The notes below the pieces were generated by a model. The model was not told the origin of the DNA, made no database searches, and was given only the letters and a program-made list of their open reading frames with translations. The position numbers and the translations under genes were made by a program. From Lytechinus pictus (taxonomy: Eukaryota), in the NCBI RefSeq assembly GCF_037042905.1, contig NC_087251.1:20090001-20154000 (forward strand): 64,000 nt of DNA. Reading direction: 5' to 3'. Shown piece by piece: positions 40,472 through 53,100 of this stretch. Position 1 is the stretch's first letter. Every line of letters starts with the position of its first letter.

Positions 40472-41329
40472 GGCTCAAAGCCTATGTCTTCCTACTCCTG
40501 CATAAAATTAAAAAAAAAATTATTATAGAATAAAATAGAAATCTAGTTTGGTTTGTCAAACAAAAGTCACTTGGGACTGCTGAATTACAGATTTGCATAC
40601 AATTTAGAAAAAATTTGTAAATCTGAATGAGACAAGAATGCATTTCGAAACAGGAATCATAAAATTATAAAAATACAGAGCTCATGCTCATCGATATTAT
40701 TAATATAATAAATTCATTTGTGAGGGAAAAATATATTTTGGGGGCTACTTTTCAAAACCTTCTGTCTAAATCTGCAACACTGTCCAGACAAGCTTTCACA
40801 ATGCAGTGAATGGGGGTTTCCAGGGCTCTTTTGAGCATTTTGGGGGCAAAATTGCCCAGAGCCACTATGTGATTTTTTTCCTGCTGTAAATGTGTAGGAT
40901 TTACTGTACGCCGAACATGTACATCTTTTCCTTGATATTTACAGAAATAATTTGCTGACTTTAAGTTGGTTCTTACCTGTATACATGTAGGCAGATGTAT
41001 ACAGAACAGAAAAAAAAAGGGAAACATTTTTTTACTGCTACAGATTTATCAAGATCCAACATCATTACCGTAAGTAACGGTCTATTAACCGCACCTTTTA
41101 ATCGGCGGGATAGAAGCAAAAGTCGGGGGTGCGGTTTATCCACGGTGACGGGTCTGAGCCAGCTCGTCGTAACCCTTCCCGAACATGTAAGACGTCTGCC
41201 AGTTCACAACACATCGAGTGGCCGGGCGTAGCCGCCCAGGGCAATGTCGTTTAGAGGGGTATGAGCCGCGGGTAATGATAAGCGATTAATAAGATTTTAT
41301 CAAATATTGTCCATAACAAACGCACCCAC

Positions 41330-41640
41330 CTTCATGACACTAATTTCGACTTTTATTCTCGGTTCAAAGCAGCGAAGTTCCCTGGCTAAGTTCAAAGAGA
41401 AGCCAAGCATACTCGGTAATATTTTGTCACAGCTGAGCGAGAGTTGAGTTAGCTGAGCTAGCTTGCGTTGTATTGTGGTTATAGTGCGACTTAAGCTGGC
41501 GCTATTCATTTTAACCCTCGATCCCCTCCAAAGTCCTGTTTCGCGCCAGCTTATTTTTTCTTTCCCCGTTTGCTTTTCATAAGATACCATGTACACCACG
41601 CAACGAGAGAGACGGCACGAAGCCGTCAAAACAACTGTAA
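41330..41640 (-). promoter_or_regulatory. Candidate beta-spectrin promoter and non-coding first exon (proximal)
   Basis: CpG-rich patch ~41050-41640 with donor AAG|GTGGGT at 41330/41329. Confidence 0.4.
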
Positions 41641-43994
41641 AAAATGCAAATTTCTTTGTTTCTTTAACCTTCCTGTAATCCCGTATCCAAAATTCATGCT
41701 AATACATCGAATGCTAGACAAATTCTGAAAGTGATTGTGAGTTTGTGATGCAAGAAATGTGAATGTTTCTTCCTCCTACGGCGGGAAAGACACAGATCAT
41801 TATTTGATAAGATGTACTGGTACCGATCATAGTTTGCAATGTACAAGAACGGCAGTGCTGTGTGTGTGTACACTGTGACTGTGAGGTGAGTGATTGTGTA
41901 AGTGGCCAATATTGTCGGGACCTTTCTTTCTTGCAAACATTTGTAGATGAATTGATCAAGAACAGTAGATTTCCGCATACCGGTAATCTCTTTGGATACT
42001 TTGAAATCTTTAACTTAGTTTTTGTTTCTTCGTACCTCAAATATAATGTGAGGATTTTTTTTGGTCCAAATTGGGGGTGCGGTTTATAGTCCGTTACTTA
42101 TGGTACTCATTGTACATAGATCTATACATGTACACTGACCTAAACACACACGGCAATGTACATTGTAGCTCTGATTCATCATCGATGCACAAAATAATGT
42201 CCTTAAAAAGAGCAAATTCGGAATCTCAAGTCACAACTGTGACTTTTGGCCTTGGATTAATGACTCGATCTAGTATCACAAAGACAAATACATTTACTGG
42301 CTTCACTAGCCCTAACGTAAATAAAGACAAAGATCTATTTGCATAACAAGCCCATGAATTGAAATCACAACCCCCCTTGTGACTGGATCTTGGCTACATG
42401 TACGTCTCATGTCTTTCATTCAAAGTTTAAAACTACATTGTACATGTACTCCTGCCTACAAATTGGTCTGACATATTGCAGCTTTTCACAGCAGTATCCG
42501 GCATTGATGACATTACAAGTAATTCAGACTCCAGACCAATTCTTTTCCTTTTCAAGATCAGAGAGAATTCATGGTCATATATGTAACTTCAAAAGAAACG
42601 TATCCGTACAAAACTGAGGCAAGAGGTTTTCTCACAGAGAATGTGTGCATGTGTACTTGATTTTTTTTTGTACGTGTACAAAGGAGATATATGATAATTT
42701 ACGGTCTAGGACGATATATTATATTACCATCCAAAAGACATGATCAGGGTCTGAACCACTGCATCAATTTGTAACTTCCCCACATGGATTGGGTTACAAG
42801 TGAACAACACAATGCCAAGAATCATTCAGTGAAAAAAATTACAAGATAAAGTTGTAAACATGTTCAAACACATAATTTGGAAAAGAAGTGGAAAGGGGCC
42901 TTGAGAATAATCCTGATGATAGTTCATGTCCATATTCTACCAACTACCTATGCCACTCAAAACCAAATACTTCAAAGGAGCAAAGAAATGTAATCCAAGG
43001 TAAATCCATGGTAAATTAAAAATGCAGATCTCCAACTTCTCTAAATTGGTCATAAAAAAGCAATAATAATAAATACTTCCCATTTTTACTTTAAAAAAAA
43101 TCATATCTTTTCCTCTTTTTCCCTCTCAATTTATTCAAATTAATTCAGTAAAATCTTTAAAATCTTTAAATTACAACCTGTGCAAACTGTAATAACAAAT
43201 TTGGCCTCAGAATTCATCAGCATGAATCGTGCTATTGACTTTATTGTAATTTTCAATTTGTGATTCAACGAACATCAGACCACGGGCTGTGAAATGAAAA
43301 TTCGTTACCAGAATTAATCAACAGATCGTATCCAGATATCGGATAGATTCTAGTGTTCATGTTGTTCCAAACCCATGACTGACATTACTATCTATAGAAT
43401 GTAGAAGTGAGGGCACTACTTTCTCTAGAAGCGAGGGCATTACTTTCTCTACATATACATCAAGTTCATGTAGTCCTGGATGCAGGATCTTCTGAAAAAT
43501 ATTCCTTTATGTCCAGCTCTTGGTGGAGCGGTCTGGGGGAGGGCCGGGGGAGGGGGGGAATCGAATTATGAAATGTGCCGCACCAAAAATGAAAATCAAG
43601 GGTTTGGAACTAAAATTTGGTCTTAAAATGGGGGTCTCCGGAACTGCTCTAGTATCAATGATTGCTAAAAATGCAATGCTCTAGAACGGCATGAATTCTA
43701 TGTTTCGGAGTGTTGCATGAAATTGGTCATGGCGTTTCTGTGCGATGAACCAATCAGCGACCTCTGAATCGCTGTGCAGGGCACTGGAACAAGAAACAAT
43801 AAATTTTAGGGTGTCCGGAACAGGGAAAAATAGACATTTCTATGGCTTTCAAAATCAGTGATGCTCTGGAATGGAAATTTAGGCTGAAAATGTGGTTCTG
43901 GCATTATGCCACCACAAATCAATCCTCTTTTCAAATTGTAATACATTAACCTCACAATCTCATGAAGACTAACAACTATGTTGACGGGGTGGTT

Positions 43995-44492
43995 GGGGGG
44001 GGGGGGTACTCGACCAAAAAAGTAGTAGGTATGTGCCGCGGGCGAGAAAAAAAAAGGGGGGCCTTGGAGCGGGCTTATTGTAAAAAGGAGGGTCCTCAGA
44101 ACGGGCGTCGGAACTACAAATGTTTGTGAAAGCGGGGGTCCTTTGAACGGGTCGCCTGCATGTGAGTGCGTATGCATCCCTATGGAACGTGCATGCAGCT
44201 AGCTCGGCGGCACGGGCGCTGGGTGCGCTAGCGCAGAGGCGATGGTCGGACAGCGCTCTGCGGCCCCTTTTCACCAAAATTGCGGCTTATTGTAAGCAGA
44301 TCAATTCGGCCGGAACTGCGTAACAGAAAATATGCGAAGCTTTGGGGGGGATTTCTTTCTTCTTTTTTCTCGATAAGAAGAAAATGCTATGCTTTGGAAC
44401 AGAAATTTGAGTGTAAAAATGGGGGTCCCCTCTGCGGCACAGCCCCCACTATGCATTATATTATTTATATACTGAGTGCCCCCCACCCCGGG
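43995..44492. mobile_element. GC-rich non-autonomous TIR element
   Basis: G-run-TACTC left end and GAGTGCCCCCCACCCCGGG right end; GTGCCGC/GCGGCAC subterminal inverted motif; a related decayed copy precedes it (~43535-43920). Confidence 0.65.
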
Positions 44493-45217
44493 TTGGTTGG
44501 TGCTTATTTTTACAGCGTTTGCATTTATGCCCTTTCTGATTATATATTTTTTCTCCATTATTCAGACTTTTTTTTCTTCATTTTTCTTTAAAAAATTCAG
44601 TCGAAAGAGCACAAGTTGCAAAAACAAAAATATGGCAAAACCAACGCAATATAAAACATAGTATACAAAGGAACAGAAATGAAGGCTGTATATGCTTTAT
44701 TTTTCAGGCTTTACTGTACATTGCCTCATTAGGCATCAGAGTATTAATGCATAGCCTACATGAATACAGGACCTATTTCATTTTTTTTTTGGGGGGGAAG
44801 TATAATTATATAAAGAAGACAGACTCGACTTCGGCCTACTTTACTTCGTACAAACAAAGTTCTGACATAGGCCTATTCATTATTCTTTTATCATGCTGAA
44901 GGAATATTCACTACTATAATACTACTCGAGCCATAATCAATGAATAACATCCCTTTAGTTTCTCACAAGGCACATGATTTATTACTATTCAATAGTATTG
45001 AGTATTGGTATTGCTTGGAAAGTCCACACAGCTAGCTGCACTATGTATGATGATGATCGTGTACCGTTATGTCCCCGTTACGTCTGGCTGCTTTACCCCT
45101 ATTCAACACCTTTATCCACCCAGGCTTGATTGACTAACTCAAGATGCACACACCCGAAACATGTACGGAAACATTACGAAGATCCCCTTCTTTTAATTAT
45201 ATATAATACAATCTCAC

Positions 45218-45430
45218 CTAAATCCAAAATAGCTTGATGGTATATTCCAGCTACTAAAATCCCTAAAATCCAGCTTGATAACAGGTCCTTTTAGTATTTT
45301 CCAAGGCTTTTCATTCCACATACGATAGATCCTCAGTCGGGCCAGCCGAAACACAACGCCACGCGCATTCATCTGTGTATCCCATTTACGTGCAAACTAA
45401 ATAGGAAGAGTCGAACTATGTTTCATACGC
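45218..45430 (-). promoter_or_regulatory. Candidate beta-spectrin promoter and non-coding first exon (distal)
   Basis: Coding exon 1 has a splice acceptor, so an upstream exon must exist; this CpG-retaining patch ends in donor TTTAG|GTGAGA. Confidence 0.45.
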
Positions 45431-46234
45431 AGAGAAGAGGCTTGGCTGGCTGGTAAAGTACACAAGTATGCATTGCTGATGGTGTAATATGTTGATTTCA
45501 TCTTCCAATGTGTCTTATTCTGTTTGCTTATTATCGGCAATAGAATTTTGGTTTTAGTTTGGGAGCAGTCTCAAGTACATTAACATGATCATACGGATTT
45601 GTTCCCTTTTCGGTTATTGATTACTGTTCATCAATAGTCAAAGAGCCACTGGAGTGAAACTTTCAAAATATAATTCCATCGATTGTTACACTTCGGGACC
45701 ACTATGACCACGCCCATTTTTTACCGCAAAAGTAAAGAACTTTCTTTTATTCTCCAAGTACTTTGCAAAAATTTTGCGTCAGAGCTTTACTTCAAGTAAT
45801 GAGGTATGGCTACATGTTTTGAAAATGATAGAGACTGCAGTGGGGGTGAAAAGACGCCATCCATTGCCAGTGCCACACAGTGAAGCAGGAGCTAATAAGA
45901 TGAAGTGAGCACCGTGGGTCCTCCTCCAAAAACTGATATTGTGCCATCTCTCCATGAAAGTGATAGGCCTAGGCCTACATGTATACCCCACCCCCGGTCT
46001 TTTGCATTAAGGACATTCTAGGAAAATTAATACATTATTTAGAAATGTGAACACTGGGGTACAAATGGAGACTTGGGGCCATGGACCTCAAAAAAATAAA
46101 AATAACGACCAAGAAAAAAAGGAGAAAATGAAAGAGAAAAGGGTAAAATCAGGGGCGGCGATCCTGGGGGGCTGGGGAACAGTGCCCCCCCCCCCCATTT
46201 TTTGAAGCACTGAAAAATGCCCTTTTTATGCAAG

Positions 46235-46898
46235 AAAAATGCCCCCTCACGAACGTGTACTGTGCCCCTTTCACCTAACGAGGACCCATTTTAGGTGTTA
46301 CCAAGTGCCCTTTCTCGTATAAGTGCCAATTTTTTTTAATTGAAAATGCCCCCTCACGAACATGTTCTGTGCCCCTTCATCTGAGAATGACCCGTTTTGT
46401 GTGTGAGCAAGTGCCCCCTTGCCTTCTTGTAAGTGACCTATCTCGTATCAGTTCCCCCCCTTTTTTTTTACCAAAGAAAAATGCCACACACGAACGTGTT
46501 CTGTGCCCCTTTCACCTGAGAAGGACCCGTTTTATGTGTAAGCAAGTGCCACCTTTCTCGAATCAGTGCCCCTTTTTACCCAAGAAAGGTGCCCCTCACA
46601 AACGTGTTCTGTGCCCCTTTCACCTGAGAATGACCCATTTTAGGTGTTACCAAGTGCCCTTTCTCGTATAAGTGCCAATTTTTTATATTGAAAATGCCCC
46701 CATACGAACATGTTCTGTGCCCCTTTCACCTGAGAAGGACCCGTTTTGTGTGTGAGCAAGTGCCCCCCTGCCTTCTTTCTAATTGCCCTATCTCGTATCA
46801 GTTCCCCCTTTTTACTCAAGAAAAGTGCCCCACAAGAATGTGTTAGTGCCCCTTTCATTTGAGAAGGACCCATTTTATGTGTTATCGAGTGCCCCTTT
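46235..46898. repeat. Tandem array of six ~105-135 bp units built on a GTGCCCCTTT motif
   Basis: Units start near 46235, 46343, 46477, 46586, 46691 and 46821, each with ..TGCCCC..ACGAAC.TGTTCTGTGCCCCTTTCACCTGAGAA.GACCC.TTTT. Confidence 0.9.
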
Positions 46899-46988
46899 GA
46901 AACAAGAAAACGATATTCACATTTTTATATGTTACTTCAAAACCTACGTGCCTTAAACTTCATGAGTCATGTGAGTGGGGTAGATGAG

Positions 46989-47148
46989 CAGAGGCGTAAA
47001 GATGGGGGGGGGGGGGCTCTTGCCCCTCCCTAAATTTTTCACGACCAATTTTTCTTTGTTTTAAGATAGTGCCCTTTTTAAAAGAAAATGTGCCCTTTTT
47101 TCCTGTGCCCCCCCCCCCCCCACTTTCACCTTTGCTCCACCGCCCCTG
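46989..47148. mobile_element. Short CAG..CTG-terminated MITE
   Basis: CAGAGGCGTA..G-run and C-run..CCACCGCCCCTG ends; related CAGGGGCGGCGA end at 46150. Confidence 0.5.
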
Positions 47149-49178
47149 GGTGATGATAGTATTTTCTGAGTATCATGTCAACAGCTAGATCGCTCGTAGC
47201 CCTTTTTGCCACTGGCTTCCTCAAATGTTTGGCTCATTATGCTTCTGTTTGTTCAGCTAAAAAAAAATAAACCGGCCATCATGAAATGATCTTCTTTGAA
47301 AGATTTACATGTCAATAACAAAAATATTCTCCTTGTTTTGGGGAAACTTGGAATAAATTCCCAAAGAAAAGTAAGCTAGGTTATGCACTGATTTAATGAA
47401 GATGGCAGGGATCAGTATTTAGTCCTGGCGATGATGTAAGGTTTTGGACCATGATCGTACACTCAAATGGGGGAAAAGGTAATTATGAATAAAGAAATTA
47501 AATAGGTATGACGCCCACAAGAGGTGACCCCAATGAAAATCGCCCATTAATTTGAAAACTAAATCATTTAATATAAAACTATTAAAGTTGGCATAAAATA
47601 CTATAACATGCAAATAATGTCTATCCGTCTATTTTTCTAAGCGCTTTGAGCTCAGAATACTGTATTATATAGCGGCCCGAAAACTTTTGTCATTTTTCCA
47701 CTCCCCCGATTCCCAACTAGGCCCGAAGCATGGGCACCCCTGCATCCCACTGAATAGTGAACATGATTGAACTTATTTTCTGTACTAGACAAAGCCTACA
47801 TTGTAGGTTCTTTACCGTCTTATAAAGTCTCCCCCATATCATTAATCAAACACAATACAATAAAGTCTTTGGAATATGAGAACTTCATCAAATCGGATGC
47901 AAAGCTAAATGACTTCTCAATTTCAGTTGGTGTCAGATTTAGTCACCTATCTCCTTTAATCTGGATGACATGGTACTTATTTTTCCTGCTGTGTTTTTAT
48001 TTTTCTGGAGGGGTAGAAATCAAAAGTTAAGAAATAAAGAAAATAATCACCTTCCCCCTGTCTGAGCATCATATTTGATAGCGAATGATGTAATAGTTAA
48101 AATCAAACTATAAACCTTTAAAAAATAGCCTACCTCTCGTTGACAATGTAACGATGTCTGTGTTTATATTCCTAATTATTAATTTATCCAAGAAGAAACA
48201 TATAGGGCAGATCTTCATCACTAAGACTTCCGAGAAAACACAAAATCAAACCATATTCCAGAAACTGCTACATTTCACGCTTGTAGCCGTGTCGTCTGTC
48301 AGACTCATATTCGCGACCCAGATTCATCAGCAAAAAAAATGTATCTCCGGCATTCACTTATTATTTACACTTCAGTCATCTATATTATGAAGTAGATGTT
48401 GTCTATGATACCACCATAATCCATTGGTACTATCCACGGAGACCGTGGTATCGATGCGGGATGATAATGAATTTTGAAAAAGAAAAAAAAAGTACAAGGG
48501 CATCCAGTCTGGCGGGAGAAAGGGCACGCGCATGCGTAATGATGGTATTCATTTAGCAGCATCCGGCGACGTTCCAAAGCATCGGATATTGGTATACAAT
48601 GTGAGAAGATGTCCACTTCCTTTCGTTTAAGATTTGAAACTAAATAGGATGGGGCCACGCTTTCTTTGTTTGACAGAGTTAACGAATGAATACGCTTACT
48701 CCAAACCAAAAAATAAATTTTGAAAGTATATCTCAACTTGGCCCAATAATAATATTGTATGACGTCAGGATGTGGCATGTACAATATACATAGAAACTTA
48801 AGTATGCCAAGTATAATTTTATAAAGGAACAAAAAGGACACTTGCAGGCCTGTGTATAAACACAATATTTTTACATGTATTTGCAAATTAAAGTAGGGTG
48901 GCCTTTACTTTACCATGCATGTTCAGAATAAGATGGGTAACGTTCGTATGACGTCACTGTGTTATCAATAACTTCCTCAATTTTGAATAACTCTACTCAA
49001 CGTGAGCTAGCGCCGAAGGAAAGGTGTGGTATATAGGCCTACCCATAGTGAACTTAAAAATACATCAAAAGTTCAGAACCTACCTCATCAATCATCATTC
49101 TGAATGCCAGGATAGATATTCAAAACATTCGTAGTCTATATCAGAGGCAGTGTACCCAATGAAGTTACTATGTTGAGG

Positions 49179-49412
49179 CAGGGGCGGCGACATTAATATT
49201 TTGATTGGGGGCGGGAGCAAAACTACCATAAAGGTATATAACGTCATATTTTTTTTCTAATATTAATTATCAGAGGGGTATTACACTGCCAAAACCGCTT
49301 TCTTTCTCCCCCCCCCATTTATTTCCCCCCTTTCCCTCTATTTTCCTTTTCCCACTTCTTGACAAATCATAGAGGGTGGTCGCCCCATGCCTACTCCTAG
49401 TGTCACCGCCCC
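49179..49412. mobile_element. Short MITE, CAGGGGCGGCGA family
   Basis: CAGGGGCGGCGACA / TGTCACCGCCCC inverted ends. Confidence 0.55.
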
Positions 49413-50036
49413 AAAACCGATATCGTGAAACTTTAATAATAACCATATCGTGAACCAATATATTGCTTAGTGTAATCATGTCCACGGTGTAACCTTATCT
49501 AACACTAACCCAATTCGGCGATTCTATATATAAGGCCAAATATGAATTATATCATTGTGACTCGAAAACATTCGTTAACATAACGTATAATTCAAGTCAA
49601 GTTTCCCATGAATTTAAGATGATTTGTATATCAATCCAAAAAGCAAACAGCATGAAATTTGTCGAAACTTCCTTTTTTTTATCCAAAATGATCACACTGA
49701 AGCGGGCATTGGTGTCCCAATATATTTTTGCTACCGTTTCCATCGGTTGAAATTTGAAGTGTTACATCTTTTCATGAAAATCTGGCCCTGATATCCAAAT
49801 ATATAGGCCTAAGGATATTTGGTGAAAAATCTCGCCTGATATAAAACAGTTTAAAATTTTGAAACAAATTTCATATTGAAGGACGAGGGTGAGGCCGCGG
49901 CTTGGAAAGTGGTGTCAGGAAAAAATAGGCCTAATCCGAGTAATTTTTATATCAGACATTATGACAGGATGGAGAAGATCGATGACTGAATGTTGATTAA
50001 ATTAATGATATTATGAATGATTAGATGACCCAGAAC

Positions 50037-50145
50037 TTTATTTATTTATTTGTTTATTTATTTATCTATCTATTTAATTATTTATTTATTTATCTATTTA
50101 TTTGTCTCTTTATTAATCCATTTATTTACTAATTCATTCATTTAT
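50037..50145. repeat. Degenerate (TTTA)n/(TCTA)n microsatellite
   Basis: Directly visible tetranucleotide repeats. Confidence 0.85.
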
Positions 50146-53100
50146 TTTCTATTCCTATCTATTTTTTGGGGTGGGGCTTAGTTCATATTTCTTCCTCCTA
50201 AATTCAATACTTATATAGCGCCTATTATTTTTTTTCAAAGCGTTTTCATTTATCCTTCCCGTTTCCCTTTTTTAAAAAAAATAAATAAATGAGGTGGTCG
50301 TCTGACTCGTCTCCTTCCCCCTGTGACGTCTCTCCTGGGTAAAAACAGGCACAAAATGTCTCTTTTAAGACAAAATACAGTTTGACCCCCCCCCCCGAGC
50401 GTTTAAATTACACAAAAATTATTATGTTGTAATAACATGGTGCTGGACTGACACCACACATTTTACACAGATGTAAAATGACGGACACTCTCCTCTTTGT
50501 GCAGTGGACCAGTCGATCTGAAGCATGATTCTATATCCTCTTTCACTTTTCTGGACATACAAGAATCCCCTTTATTCGCACAATGCTCCTCCATCCGCTT
50601 TATTTATTTTAATAGTAGTTTTTTAATTGCCGGTTAAACGTACTCTCATGCTTTCATGATGCATGAAAACAAGGGAACGGGAAGATTTCGAACAAGTTTT
50701 TCCGTGACCTCATCGGGTCACAAAATCTGAGCTTAATGGAATGTTGACAAACTCCTGTCTCCATAGTTACCACTACTCGATCTTGTATCATGTGAGAAAG
50801 TGGTAGTAATCTGATACTTTACGACCCACAGGGGGCCAGCAGTGCGGACCCTGAAGCGAAGGATGAGGTAGTAGGTCCACGGTAAAACCGACGACTCTTA
50901 TTTCGTTGACCCTGGATGACCCGAGGGGACCATCCCTGGTGCCTGGTATAAGGACACGCCCACCTCACTAACTTGACAGTGTACATGAGTGCACTTTTAT
51001 CGTTATTACATGTATTAGGGGTTCACTTCTGGAGGTGTGATGACGTATGTACTTTTGTTTGGTTTTGTTTGTTTCTTTTGCTCTGTGTTATAGCATGGCA
51101 GTGTCGAATGGAAGTTTGACACAAAGATATACATCCAAGAATACAAATCTTTTTAACATCCATAAAGCCATTAGGTGTCACGGAAGAAATAATTCAATAT
51201 TATCATTGATAACAGGCAGCTGTGTAGCCTATACTAGTTTTCTCTTTTTAAAAGGATTCTCTTTCAACTAATTTATATAATCAAGGTAATTGTATTTTAT
51301 AGGCATATTCAAGTCTTCATATTGAGGATATATTTTCAGAATGTTGATATTTACGATTTTATCCAGCTATTTAGAAATCTTACTGTAAATAGCACAACCT
51401 GGGTAATCCTCAAAGGAAATAGCTAAATCGCCGACTTTATTTCATGCCTGGGCAGGGTTGCATACCGTTTTGAAAAGAAATGAATAATACTTGGCTATTA
51501 ATGGTAGGATCATTAATAACCCCTTCCATGGACGATGGAGATAATGGAAGATCTTTTGTGAGGCAAACTCACAGAACCTGAACAAAGAACAGGAAGCGAA
51601 TTGAAGCAAAAGATCAACTTTAGAAGTCAAAAGACAAATTTTCCGGTCTGTCACCTTTTCGTTCTTTCATCATAGCTCTATTTAATACGTTAACGACTAT
51701 AAACGCTCGAGTCGGATAATACAGTAAAAGATGAAAGCATATAGCAAGTTACAACTGTCCTAATCAGTATCAGAAAATTTCTGAAAATGTAGTCATGTCA
51801 TTATTGCATAGGAACACTGTCTTCGCCTGTCTAATGTTTATATCAAGAGTTAGCACATGACACATTTAAAAACGATCTCGAATTAATCCTTGTGGAAATG
51901 TGGGGGGGGGGGGATAGAGTGGTAATATATTCAAACTTATTTTGAAAAGTCAGAAAAGGCTAAAATAAGGCAGGCCTGGGTCGCATTCTGCATTCGATAA
52001 GTCTTATCACTCAAGTTCATTGAACATTGTCTTGAATTAATAGCAGCAATACATTTTTCATTTTGTTCTATTTTTATATCCTAAAATCTATCAAGATTTA
52101 CGGTCTAGTTTCTGTAATTTAAGATATAATCATGAAAACTTATAGAATAATCGTACTATGGTATCATCGTGCACGATATTATTTCTAATATTGCTCTTAT
52201 TTCTGCCCCTATGAAAAGCACGTATAAAATTCGACATTTTATTTTCCGTTTGAATGTTCTATCATAGCATCATTCCCCTCTCTACTCAAGAATTAACTGT
52301 CTAATTCTGATGATTAGTGAGAAATAATGAGCATCACGAGAAAACCACATGCTCATGCCATTCGCGCAGGGACATTTTGTACTTCATGCAAATTAAGGAA
52401 TTATGCATATAATTTCAGTGTCACTTGTAATTACAAGAATGCAATAATTTATTAACCTTTCTTTGATTTGGACAATGAACATCTTTATGCACGCGTTCTC
52501 CCTTGTGGATTATGGTTTCTTTTATCCCTTAAATTGTTTTTCATTATTGCATTATGAAATGACCAATACCCGAACGTAGCCTAATCACCAATAATTTTAT
52601 ATAAAAATATAGCATTAATTAAGTTAACAAGTGGACTTGTTTCAAGAAAATAAAGATGTCAAATTTCTTAATGAGCTATAAACTGCAATCTCCTCCATGA
52701 ATTGCATTACGATGACACACTTTGTAATTTAGGAAACATGCAGGTGGTGAGATAATAATTATAAAATACATGTTGATATAAGCTGCCTTAATGATTTAAT
52801 TCTGAATTAGGAATTATAATGGGAACAATGCCTCGCATTTGAAAATAGTACGTTTGCAATCCTCTACCTGATGTACAAGCATTTTCTTTGCGGACACCAC
52901 TCCACTCTCCACCCCAGTTTATCTAATCCACTGGCGCCATATAGTAAATTTTGACAGAGGAATGAACTTGACATGATGTCCTACATTATAGGAAATGCAG
53001 CCATCGACTACTAGTATATGAATACGAAAAAGACTGTTAAAAATAGTGAATTTCCATAGGCCTATGACTGAGGACTAGCTGTAATTCCCCTTTAAAGTTT

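Noticed and set aside
46235..46898. GTGCCCCTTT repeats as CRISPR, and ORFs 46369-46671 / 46640-46873 as genes
   Set aside because: The intervening sequences are themselves repeated, so this is a tandem array, and the ORFs are translations of the repeat.
48380..48886. 168-aa minus-strand ORF
   Set aside because: It has a non-ATG start, an AT-rich low-complexity composition and no recognisable domain or splice context.
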